Shown here in pieces: positions 47,082 to 55,411 of a DNA stretch of 64,000 nt. The first letter of the stretch is position 1; every line of letters starts with the position of its first letter. Origin of the DNA: an uncultured Gammaproteobacteria bacterium (GTDB taxonomy: Bacteria; Patescibacteriota; Microgenomatia; CAZETR01; Amesbacteraceae); assembly GCA_964518565.1 (NCBI GenBank), contig CAZFGX010000001.1, forward strand, positions 588,470 to 652,469, written 5' to 3'. Below the pieces are notes generated by a model, which saw nothing but the letters and a program-made list of their open reading frames with translations, ran no database searches and was not told the DNA's origin. The translations under genes were made by a program, and so were the position numbers.

Positions 47082-47525
47082 ATGAAAACAAAGAAACTTA
47101 TTCCGTTCGCTCTAGATCGCCTCAAACCAGTTCCGAAATTCTATGTCCCAAAGCCAGGTACAAAATTTGCTGATCACAAATTACGCCCAGACATAATTCT
47201 TGCCGAAACAGCCGCTCATCCACAAACAGGTTGGGTATATGTCGGTATTGTGTCAGAACACACACCGTATGGCCAAGGAATCTGCATCGCGATCAAATTT
47301 GAAGATCTTCGCGAAGCAAGCGATGGAGATATACTAAAAGCCCTACTTATGCCCCACCCTCACGACGATTTTTATGCCGGCAAATTCATGCCACCGAATG
47401 TGGGAAATGCAATCGAAGCAAAGAAATTTGGTCAGATAATAACCGATTGGAGATTGACCATTTCAAAGCAAATCAATCAAATTGTAGTCTCACACGGCTG
47501 GCAAGCAAAAAAAGAGAAGTCCTAG
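47082..47525 (+). CDS. hypothetical protein
   Basis: 147 aa. Confidence 0.45.
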   Translation: MKTKKLIPFALDRLKPVPKFYVPKPGTKFADHKLRPDIILAETAAHPQTGWVYVGIVSEHTPYGQGICIAIKFEDLREASDGDILKALLMPHPHDDFYAGKFMPPNVGNAIEAKKFGQIITDWRLTISKQINQIVVSHGWQAKKEKS

Positions 47526-47546
47526 GAATTCAAGGAGTTGCAGTAA

Positions 47547-47833
47547 TGCTAGCAAAAAAAATTCGCAGCTTCATTATCTTCGTATTGCGAGCCACAAGCA
47601 AATTGGAGCCTATACTAATCAGAGCTGAGTTTACAGCAATTGGTTTTTCCGGCCACGTATCAGAGGTCGACAAATCTATCGCAAGACAAAACAATTTCAA
47701 AGACCTAAACCGTTTCGAAAAATGGATTCTTAATCCCACAATCGAAGCAGAGAAAGAAAAACGTAAAGAAAATTTTCGACAAGCAGTGATCGAGGTCACA
47801 GGAGAAGATCCAGAAATCGATTGGACAGAATAA
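47547..47833 (+). CDS. hypothetical protein
   Basis: 95 aa from MLAKK; the tracked ORF start overlaps the previous gene. Confidence 0.4.
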
Positions 47834-47845
47834 ACCTCTAAATCC

Positions 47846-47883
47846 CAGCACCCTGCGGCTCACGCCAACGGGTGCTTTTTTTA
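47846..47883 (+). terminator. intrinsic terminator
   Basis: CAGCACCC...GGGTGCT stem followed by TTTTTTT. Confidence 0.65.
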
Positions 47884-47925
47884 TGCCTTGTAGTATTTCA
47901 CTTCAGCTATTGTTATGATTGGCAT

Positions 47926-48285
47926 ATGTCATTCAGATTTCGTTCAGCTGTCATTTACGATCGAGTCCATTTGTACGCCAAAGAAATGTACAACATGACC
48001 GGTCGCTTTCCCGAATATGAACGCGACGGTCTGATCAAAGACATTCGGTCCACCTGTCTCAATCTAGTCAAAGAAACCGCTATCACCTTAAACAAACCCA
48101 AAGGCCAAGAAGAAACCAAAGATTCCTACAAACAATGCCTCAATAGTATTAGTGAACTGGTGGCCTTATTTGATTTTGCCTTCCGAATGGAATACATCTC
48201 CGAAATTCTTCATACTCGGGCGATTCAATTTTCTGAAGATGCAATGAAATACCTCTACGAAGCCAAAGACGTCCACGGCAAATAA
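47926..48285 (+). CDS. four-helix-bundle protein (23S rRNA IVS-type family)
   Basis: 120 aa; FRFR...IY...MTGRFP.YERDGL..IRS pattern matches the family. Confidence 0.6.
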   Translation: MSFRFRSAVIYDRVHLYAKEMYNMTGRFPEYERDGLIKDIRSTCLNLVKETAITLNKPKGQEETKDSYKQCLNSISELVALFDFAFRMEYISEILHTRAIQFSEDAMKYLYEAKDVHGK

Positions 48286-48312
48286 GCAAATTTTTGGTAA
48301 AATCTATTTCGT

Positions 48313-48384
48313 GCCTGGGTAGTTCAGTGGTAGAACGCATTCTTGGTAAGAATGAGGTCGAGAGTCCGATTCTCTCCCCAGGCT
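48313..48384 (+). tRNA. tRNA-Thr (anticodon GGU), no encoded CCA
   Basis: hand fold: acceptor GCCTGGG/CCCAGGC, anticodon loop TTGGTAA. Confidence 0.85.
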
Positions 48385-48414
48385 CACTAGCACTATTACC
48401 AAAATAGCGTCGAG

Positions 48415-48487
48415 AGATCGATCACGAACGAAGTGAGGGATAGAGAAAAAATCGAAGATTTTTTTGATATTCTCTCCCCAGGCTCAG
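48415..48487 (+). repeat. degenerate duplicate of the tRNA-Thr(GGU) 3' half (att-like direct repeat)
   Basis: GTCGAGAGATCGAT...ATTCTCTCCCCAGGCTCA repeats GTCGAGAGTCCGATTCTCTCCCCAGGCTCA of the tRNA, with a ~45-nt insertion. Confidence 0.6.
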
Positions 48488-48491
48488 ATCT

Positions 48492-48695
48492 TTAGCAATC
48501 CTTCACCGTATTACCTTGAGCGTCACTGTGATATCGGGGACAATGTGTAGCCGTAGCAGCTGGTTTTTGTTCAGTAATTTTTAATCCTTGAGACGGTCCT
48601 TCTTCAAATTTAATATCACACCCAGATAGCCCCAATACCCCCATTACCCATACACCAGTAATCACAGCTTGGCGAATTGCTCGCTCCTTATCCAT
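48492..48695 (-). CDS. small lipoprotein
   Basis: LSGC lipobox after an N-terminal hydrophobic segment; 67-71 aa. Confidence 0.4.
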   Translation of the reverse strand: MDKERAIRQAVITGVWVMGVLGLSGCDIKFEEGPSQGLKITEQKPAATATHCPRYHSDAQGNTVKDC

Positions 48696-48726
48696 GATAA
48701 GACCCAATTATAGGGCAAAAGTCTGT

Positions 48727-49956
48727 CTAACGCGAATCGTACATCGTGCGCAAATATTCTTTTATGGTTGTAGCCCCATTTTTTACTAGCCGAATCCCCT
48801 CTGTATTTAGATCTGCAAACCCAGACTCCACCAATTTTTTCCGAAACTCTTCTTCCGTCCCACCTGCCAAAACCAAATCTCTCACCTTGTCATCCATCTT
48901 CAACATTTCAAAGACACCCACCCGACCCTTATACCCTGTCTGGACACACCAATCACAACCCTTGCCAGTAAATAGTTGAAAATTGGTATCCCCTATTTCT
49001 TTTTGCATCAATTTTTTCCCTTCCTCTGTCGGCGCCACTGCCGTCTTACAATGGTCGCACACTCGCCGCATCAAATGCTGAGATAAAATTCCTCGAACTG
49101 CATAATTGATCATGTACCGATCAACCCCCAAATCCATCAGTCGGTACAATGCACCTGCGCTATTTCGACTATGAATTGTCGAGATCACCAAATGTCCAGT
49201 CAACGAAGCCTGAATGGCCACCCGAGCGGTTTCTGCATCTCGAATTTCACCGACAAACACCACATCTGGATTGAGTCGCAAAATCATGCGCAAACCCGAC
49301 ACAAAATCCAAACCTATTTCCTGTCCCACCTCTATCTGATTTACCCCCGGCATGATGTATTCCACCGGATCTTCAATAGACATAATATTCATCTCCCCAT
49401 TATTCAAATATCGCAAACAGGTATGCACAGTGGTAGTTTTTCCGGATCCAGTAGGGCCAGCAACCAAAAATAGACCATATCTTCCTGCAATACTTTCCTG
49501 CATCATTTTGCCCATTTCAGGCAACATACCTAGTTGGGCAAATTCAGAAAATTCCGGGATATCCAATACCCGAAATACAATCATTTGGCCAAAATTCGTC
49601 GTTACGATCGCTACACGACACACGTACGGATGACCTTCAATATCAAATCGAATTTTAGATTCCTGTGGCTTACGACTTTCCGTCACATCCATATTTCCCA
49701 ATACTTTCACCCGCGTCAATACCTGGGTATATGTTCCAGGTGGCATTTCGCCAAACGTCGTCAACACCCCATCGACACGAAACCGTACCAAAGTTGTCTT
49801 TTCCTGAGGCTCAAACAAAATATCCGAAGCTTTTAGCCTGACTGCCTGGGCAAACACCAAATCCACGATCTCCACTGGCGAAGACATGCTAGACAATTGC
49901 AATAGATCAGACATAGGCAGTACTACTATTCTCCAAGCTAGACTACCCAATGTCAA
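48727..49956 (-). CDS. GspE/PilB-family type II/IV secretion ATPase
   Basis: 409 aa; Walker A GPTGSGKTTT; Asp/His boxes; C-terminal tetracysteine CDHC...CDWC; start may be the internal MSDLL. Confidence 0.8.
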   Translation of the reverse strand: MTLGSLAWRIVVLPMSDLLQLSSMSSPVEIVDLVFAQAVRLKASDILFEPQEKTTLVRFRVDGVLTTFGEMPPGTYTQVLTRVKVLGNMDVTESRKPQESKIRFDIEGHPYVCRVAIVTTNFGQMIVFRVLDIPEFSEFAQLGMLPEMGKMMQESIAGRYGLFLVAGPTGSGKTTTVHTCLRYLNNGEMNIMSIEDPVEYIMPGVNQIEVGQEIGLDFVSGLRMILRLNPDVVFVGEIRDAETARVAIQASLTGHLVISTIHSRNSAGALYRLMDLGVDRYMINYAVRGILSQHLMRRVCDHCKTAVAPTEEGKKLMQKEIGDTNFQLFTGKGCDWCVQTGYKGRVGVFEMLKMDDKVRDLVLAGGTEEEFRKKLVESGFADLNTEGIRLVKNGATTIKEYLRTMYDSR

Positions 49957-49988
49957 TCCGAGAAAAAAATGCTATAATTAGTGGCAAT

Positions 49989-50162
49989 ATGGCCAAAAAA
50001 GGTGCCCGACAAATTTATGCCTTGATCTGCAGTGTCTGCAAAAGACAAAACTATGCTATGGTCAAAAACAAAATCAATACACCTGAAAAACTGACTTTTG
50101 ACAAATATTGTCCCAAGTGTCGCAAACACACCGAACACAAAGAATCCAACAAATTAAAATAA
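49989..50162 (+). CDS. rpmG: 50S ribosomal protein L33 (zinc-ribbon form)
   Basis: 57 aa from MAKKG; CSVC...CPKC; NKINTPEKL matches the L33 core. Confidence 0.72.
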   Translation: MAKKGARQIYALICSVCKRQNYAMVKNKINTPEKLTFDKYCPKCRKHTEHKESNKLK

Positions 50163-50190
50163 CCAATTAGTGGTATGATCTGAAGTAGAC

Positions 50191-50733
50191 ATGGAGTCTG
50201 AGTCTAAGACATCACTCCTACCCCTCTTTATCGGCGTACTCATAATCGCCACTTCCGCCACCGGTTACATTCTTCTCCTCAAATCTCCACCTGATCCAGC
50301 CAAAAATCGTGTTCTATCAAAAAATATTGAGGTCTCCCCCACACCTGGCCCTACAACCACACCCACGCCCATCACCAAGTCACTTCCAGCTATCGATTAT
50401 CCCAATACAAACTTTATTTCAGCCACTGCGACCGCCAGCCAATATTCTATAACCGACCCCAAATCCTGCGAACAATTTGATCCCACCAATGCCACCAGCC
50501 CCATCCAAACCAGCACCTTCCACGATCAAACTGTCTTTTACCAAACCTCAGGCACAGTAGAAGGGACAGTAGTCACCGAAACCCGCCAATACCACCTACC
50601 AAAAGACAACATCTGTGAAGAAAAAACTCTTACCCTCAAAACCACAAATATACGCTCCATCGACCCAGCCAAAAAAATCAAGGCCGTCGATACTGATCTA
50701 ATCTGGCAACGACTCGAATCCCTCCTCCCGTAA
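50191..50733 (+). CDS. secreted hypothetical protein
   Basis: 180 aa, N-terminal TM, Thr/Pro stretch. Confidence 0.45.
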   Translation: MESESKTSLLPLFIGVLIIATSATGYILLLKSPPDPAKNRVLSKNIEVSPTPGPTTTPTPITKSLPAIDYPNTNFISATATASQYSITDPKSCEQFDPTNATSPIQTSTFHDQTVFYQTSGTVEGTVVTETRQYHLPKDNICEEKTLTLKTTNIRSIDPAKKIKAVDTDLIWQRLESLLP

Positions 50734-50805
50734 ATTTTGGTAAAATGACTTCATCTAGGGGTGTCGTTCAACGGCAGCCCCGCAGCTGCGGGGTCCAAAA
50801 CCAAA

Positions 50806-51060
50806 ATGTATTACGTCTACATTTTAAAAAGCGAACATGACGGAAATATATATACAGGTTACTCGTCTGACTTAAAACGTAGAATCCAAGAACACCAATC
50901 TGGAAAAGTAGACTCAACAAAAAACCGCTTACCTATAAAATTAATATATTACGAAGCATATCTGAGCGAAACAGATGCTAGGAATAGAGAACAGTATTTA
51001 AAAAATGGTGGAAATGCCAAAAACACGTTAAAATCACAAATACAAAACTCTTTAAAATAA
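50806..51060 (+). CDS. GIY-YIG nuclease family protein (YhbQ/UPF0213-like)
   Basis: 84 aa from MYYVYILKS; GNIYTGYS..L.RR..EH motif. Confidence 0.68.
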   Translation: MYYVYILKSEHDGNIYTGYSSDLKRRIQEHQSGKVDSTKNRLPIKLIYYEAYLSETDARNREQYLKNGGNAKNTLKSQIQNSLK

Positions 51061-51072
51061 ACTGTTCATCGC

Positions 51073-51144
51073 AGGGCCGTGATGTCAATGGTAGCATGGG
51101 GGTCTCCAAAACCTCTCGTCCAAGTTCGAATCTTGGCGGCCCTG
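51073..51144 (+). tRNA. tRNA-Trp (anticodon CCA)
   Basis: hand fold: acceptor AGGGCCG/CGGCCCT, anticodon loop CTCCAAA, T-loop TTCGAAT, discriminator G. Confidence 0.85.
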
Positions 51145-51221
51145 CATTGAACAATTACAAAAATTCGCAGTCTCCAATCCCGCCGCTGCGGGACGATTCC
51201 TTCCACCCCTGCCAAATCACA

Positions 51222-52223
51222 CTATTTTGCAAAACCTCCAAAATAGCTTGTCAGATCGTCAAAATTTTCCGCAAAATACTCCAAGCTATCTACATGAGGT
51301 TTTATAAATATATCTGGACGACAATTTTGTTTTAAATAATGCTCTGATTCTATCCACAGGCTCTGAATCTTTTTATAAAAATAAACCTGCCAACCCATTT
51401 CTATCTCAGATTGAGACAAGGGATATTCAGACTGATACGTCGTCATAAACGCCTCGATATTGCCCATATCTTTCTCAGTCGGAACTCCTTCGACACACAT
51501 ATAATCCATAGATCTAATCACTTCATAAATCCTATGTCTCACTCCAGTCTTTTCAAAATCAAACACATGACTCACATTATTATTACCATCAAAAAATACA
51601 TTTCCATCATGAAAATCTCCATGAATTTGGTGAGAGGGATTTAAATCAAAATTTGTATGATCTGGAATAGACTTTTCTACAAATCGTAGCTTGAGTTCCA
51701 GCCCGCGCAGTGCAATCCGATCAAAGTCATCCGATTCAGATTTAGATAAAATACTCTCTCTAATATTCTCTGCTTTATGTATAAATTCTGCCGTATCCCA
51801 GGTTTCTATTTCTCCATCAGCACCAAAAGGCAATTCACTCCCCAATCTATGGATCTTCGCCAGCATTTTTGCCATCGATTTAAAATGAACTACCTCCAAA
51901 TCTCTTCTACTTATCTGTATCGCATCAACAAACGGAAAAAGTGCATACACTCCACCTTCAAAAGAAAAAAAAGTACCGTCTTTTCCTATCATGGGCAAAA
52001 TTACCGGCACACCACCTTGAGAAAAAAATTTCTTTACCCGATGGACTTGGGCTACTTGTTCAGAGTCTTCAAATCGATATCTCTTCAAAAAATATTTCTG
52101 CTGCCGATTAGCCAAAATATAATTTTTACTCAGTACCCCTTTTTGCACCTCAGAAACAACCCTCAGATCATCACGTAAATCGAAATTACTTTTTATATAC
52201 GCCAATAAATCATCCACCGCCAA
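51222..52223 (-). CDS. phosphotransferase-family kinase (APH/choline-kinase fold)
   Basis: 333 aa; HGDFHDGNVFFD catalytic motif and downstream D..FE. Confidence 0.62.
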   Translation of the reverse strand: MAVDDLLAYIKSNFDLRDDLRVVSEVQKGVLSKNYILANRQQKYFLKRYRFEDSEQVAQVHRVKKFFSQGGVPVILPMIGKDGTFFSFEGGVYALFPFVDAIQISRRDLEVVHFKSMAKMLAKIHRLGSELPFGADGEIETWDTAEFIHKAENIRESILSKSESDDFDRIALRGLELKLRFVEKSIPDHTNFDLNPSHQIHGDFHDGNVFFDGNNNVSHVFDFEKTGVRHRIYEVIRSMDYMCVEGVPTEKDMGNIEAFMTTYQSEYPLSQSEIEMGWQVYFYKKIQSLWIESEHYLKQNCRPDIFIKPHVDSLEYFAENFDDLTSYFGGFAK

Positions 52224-52268
52224 ATATTATCAAACCTCGAGATGAAATCAATCAAGTTTTGTCAAAAG
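52222..52268. repeat. 47-bp direct repeat copy A
   Basis: 43/47 identical to 53008-53054; spans the last codons of the VOC-ASCH gene and the leader of the kinase gene. Confidence 0.6.
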
Positions 52269-53009
52269 TATTTTTATCCCCACCACTCCACACTTCTTTT
52301 CCTCTTCTTCAGAATAAAACTTCCGTATTTGTTCCAACAACTGTATTTTTGTAGTTCCTCCAAACCAACCCGGGTCAAAATCTGAAAACAATAATTCAAA
52401 ACTTGGATAGCGCAATAGACCGACAACGTGAGCAGTAACCGACTCCATCAGATCTGGATTCTTTTTAAATACAATTTTGTCCCCTATCTGTATCTGTTGG
52501 CGCTTCTCGTCATATAGCCGCGATTCAATAATTTTTTTCCCAGACCTGATCGCCTCAAAAGGCTCAGGTTGAAGTTTCATTTCATAAACAATAGATTTTT
52601 CAAACTGATAGTGCGGCGATTCAGGCATGATCTGAACCAACTCTATTTTGTTTCCTTCTGGATCAAACAAGTATGCAGCCAAATTTTTATCTTTCATATT
52701 CATGATTTCGGAGTCAAAAACTACCCCCCTACTCTCCAAATCAACTTTCGTTTTCGCTATATCCTCTACCGTAAAAGCAATATGTCTTAATCCGATACTC
52801 TCTTTGTCGTCAAACACTAGACGTTTGTTTCCACCCAAACACAATTCCAAATACTGCCCCTGAGAAATATGTACATACACAATCCGCAAAGATCCGTCAT
52901 CATTAAAAATTTTAAACGCTTCTGCAAACCCCAATCCCTTCACATAAAACCGCAACATGGTATCTATATCCTTGACCCGAATTGCATTATGCCCAAATCG
53001 CATAATCAA
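52248..53009 (-). CDS. VOC (glyoxalase/bleomycin-resistance fold) - ASCH domain fusion protein
   Basis: 253 aa; N-terminal HNAIRVKDID...GLGF VOC pattern; C-terminal ...EAIRSGKKIIESRLYDEKRQQIQIGDKIVF ASCH-like. Confidence 0.55.
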   Translation of the reverse strand: MIMRFGHNAIRVKDIDTMLRFYVKGLGFAEAFKIFNDDGSLRIVYVHISQGQYLELCLGGNKRLVFDDKESIGLRHIAFTVEDIAKTKVDLESRGVVFDSEIMNMKDKNLAAYLFDPEGNKIELVQIMPESPHYQFEKSIVYEMKLQPEPFEAIRSGKKIIESRLYDEKRQQIQIGDKIVFKKNPDLMESVTAHVVGLLRYPSFELLFSDFDPGWFGGTTKIQLLEQIRKFYSEEEEKKCGVVGIKILLTKLD

Positions 53010-53054
53010 ATATTACCAAACCTAGAGATGAAATCAATCAAGCTTTGTTAAAAA
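53008..53054. repeat. 47-bp direct repeat copy B
   Basis: immediately 5' of the VOC-ASCH start; contains TTGATT...TGGTAATAT promoter-like elements on the minus strand. Confidence 0.6.
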
Positions 53055-53199
53055 ATTTCACCACAACTAATTCTGAATTTGCATAAATAATAACCAACTA
53101 CTATAGGTTTAATTATGCTGGTTTTTTTGATATAATCTACACAGCAAAACATTCTGTTTTGAGCACATTCAAATCGAGAAGGCATAAGGAGCAGGAGTT

Positions 53200-54093
53200 A
53201 TGAAAATCGATCCAAAAAATGGCAGTATTACACGCCTGACAAACGGTCATCATTTAGTTCGAATTGTAGGTAAAACGCACCTGGCTAACTTGCCGGGCAT
53301 TGTATGTAAAAACCCACAAGCACCCGAAGCAAAACGCATCTATGAAAAACGTTTTACACAAAAACGCATCTATCTCCCTTTTGAGGCAGATATAGCACGA
53401 GAGAGCATACTGGGACGTACACGCGAAGATTCAATCGTGTTGGGCATGACCGGTTACTCAAGTATCAAACCCGAAGACTGTGCCGCCTGGGGAATTCAAC
53501 CAGAAGCATATGAAGCAGCTTGCCAAGAAGTGTTGGCAAACATGGTTCTAGCAATTCGTACGGAATATCCCCGAGTCAATATTGCAATCGCCGATGGTGC
53601 ATCAGATCTCGGTGTAGACCAAGCGGTCATTGGTGTCTCCAGACATTTAAACCTCCCCCATCTCGGACACTCGTGTCCAAACTACATGATGTATGTCAAA
53701 GATGACCACGATACTGTCTTGGTTTCAAACACTCAAGACGAATATTCAGATGAATTTATCCGCAGTTTAGATATTCTCTGTTCTGTCGGAGGCAGACTTC
53801 AAGCACTATTACACGACATCAAGGCCGCAATTCTGTTCAACAAAAAGGTTTTGTTGTTTGATCTTGTCAGAACAATTTCTATCAATCGTGGCGGTCCAGC
53901 AGCCCGGGGTGCAGATGGCGGCGTACACGATGCCACATCTGCATTTTTAGCAGCAATCAGACTATTCCAAGGCGAAAATCAAACTCAATCATATGAAGCA
54001 ATGCGTGACTGGGTCAGAGACCAGACCGTTAAAGTCACTCGACCACTGGTCTCTCCTCAAAGCGCCTTCTCAAAATGGCAACGCGATCTCTAA
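53200..54093 (+). CDS. hypothetical protein
   Basis: 297 aa; TTTGATATAAT -10 and AAGGAG SD upstream. Confidence 0.45.
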   Translation: MKIDPKNGSITRLTNGHHLVRIVGKTHLANLPGIVCKNPQAPEAKRIYEKRFTQKRIYLPFEADIARESILGRTREDSIVLGMTGYSSIKPEDCAAWGIQPEAYEAACQEVLANMVLAIRTEYPRVNIAIADGASDLGVDQAVIGVSRHLNLPHLGHSCPNYMMYVKDDHDTVLVSNTQDEYSDEFIRSLDILCSVGGRLQALLHDIKAAILFNKKVLLFDLVRTISINRGGPAARGADGGVHDATSAFLAAIRLFQGENQTQSYEAMRDWVRDQTVKVTRPLVSPQSAFSKWQRDL

Positions 54094-54211
54094 AGCACCT
54101 CTGGGTGCAAGATAAAAATGACATGACAATTCTTTGCATATAGCGCACCAGAAAAAGCATCTCATTCTTATCCTTGCATACACCCAAGGTGCTTTTTCTT
54201 TTTTTCTTTAG

Positions 54212-55411
54212 TTGTACAATAAAATGGTGAAGCACAAGACGATTGTCATCCTTCTAATCTTACTCCTGCTCACTCTCATCCTCGTCTTTATCACTATAAA
54301 ATTACCCAGGTGGACTACGTACAATAATATTTCCGGCTCCCCACTCTATGACGGCAAATTTGCCCATCTGACTATTTTTCCACCTCCCCTGGGCGGAATT
54401 AGCATCTTACCTCCAAACTACATACCCAAAACCAAAACCATATCTCTCTCAATTATCGACCCAAAAACAAAACAAACTTCCGAACTACCTCTCTTCAAAG
54501 ATATATCTGAAATGCGCACCGTTAAAGTATTAGCCGACACATCAAAACCCTTACTTTGGGCAGTCGCCGAACCGCGCCAAGATTGCAGCTGGCCAAAATC
54601 CAAGCTTCCTCTTAGTGAATGCAAAACTGAATTCTACAAAATAGATACCACGACGGGTCAAAAATCATTAATATCTGAATTTGAATTCAAACCCAATAGA
54701 TATATTATTCCTCTGGTTCAAGATTTTAAAAATGGTGCGATCTGGTTACTATCCAATCACAACCTCAGTGGCCTAAACACCAACCAATCGAATGCTTATA
54801 TAGCCCAAGAAGAAGTCATTCGTTTTGATCCAGGCACTCAAAAATTTACCTCCTACAAAACCGCAATATATCCACAAACAGATAAGAACGATTGGAGCAT
54901 TTTTACCAGTGGCTTCCCAGGCAGTAAAAAAATAGCCGATACAGATACAGATGGCAATTTATTTTTCTTAACTGAAACAGCCAGTGGCTCATCCCAACTC
55001 GCAAAAATCGATGTAAATCAAAACAAAATTATTCCCATCCCACTCCCTCAAACAATTGGAAATGGGGAATTTGTCATAGACAAATCAAAACAAATGCTTT
55101 ATCTGACGAATTATTCTTGGGATGGAAACGGCCCCAGCTATCTATTTCAATACGACATAAAAACCAATCAATTTAAAAACTTCGGCACATTGCCCATTCA
55201 TGACAGAGACGATGTCAGAGGTTTATTATTTAATCAGGGAAAACTATATGCTGGATTTTTCAAGGGATTAGGGATATTTAATCCCTTGACAAAAACATGG
55301 AAAATCATCACCCAAAAAGATGGTCTCTACGAAAATCCAGTCAAAAATATTTACCAATTAAACAAACAGCTGTGCGTCGACCACGAAAGCACTGCAATAA
55401 GTTGCCAATGA
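54212..55411 (+). CDS. secreted hypothetical protein
   Basis: 399 aa, N-terminal TM. Confidence 0.45.
   Translation: MYNKMVKHKTIVILLILLLLTLILVFITIKLPRWTTYNNISGSPLYDGKFAHLTIFPPPLGGISILPPNYIPKTKTISLSIIDPKTKQTSELPLFKDISEMRTVKVLADTSKPLLWAVAEPRQDCSWPKSKLPLSECKTEFYKIDTTTGQKSLISEFEFKPNRYIIPLVQDFKNGAIWLLSNHNLSGLNTNQSNAYIAQEEVIRFDPGTQKFTSYKTAIYPQTDKNDWSIFTSGFPGSKKIADTDTDGNLFFLTETASGSSQLAKIDVNQNKIIPIPLPQTIGNGEFVIDKSKQMLYLTNYSWDGNGPSYLFQYDIKTNQFKNFGTLPIHDRDDVRGLLFNQGKLYAGFFKGLGIFNPLTKTWKIITQKDGLYENPVKNIYQLNKQLCVDHESTAISCQ

Noticed and set aside
50750-51146. Group I intron with a GIY-YIG homing endonuclease interrupting tRNA-Trp
   Set aside because: The tRNA-Trp downstream is intact and contiguous (a full cloverleaf at 51073-51144). 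The upstream fragment is too short to be a 5' exon. A standalone YhbQ-like GIY-YIG gene is the more parsimonious reading.
52224-53054. TTG start codons proposed by the ORF track for the APH-like and VOC-ASCH genes
   Set aside because: Both TTGs sit 1-2 nt after a TAATAT -10-like box within the 47-bp repeat, too close for a transcribed start. A downstream in-frame start (ATG at 53003 for VOC-ASCH) is more likely.
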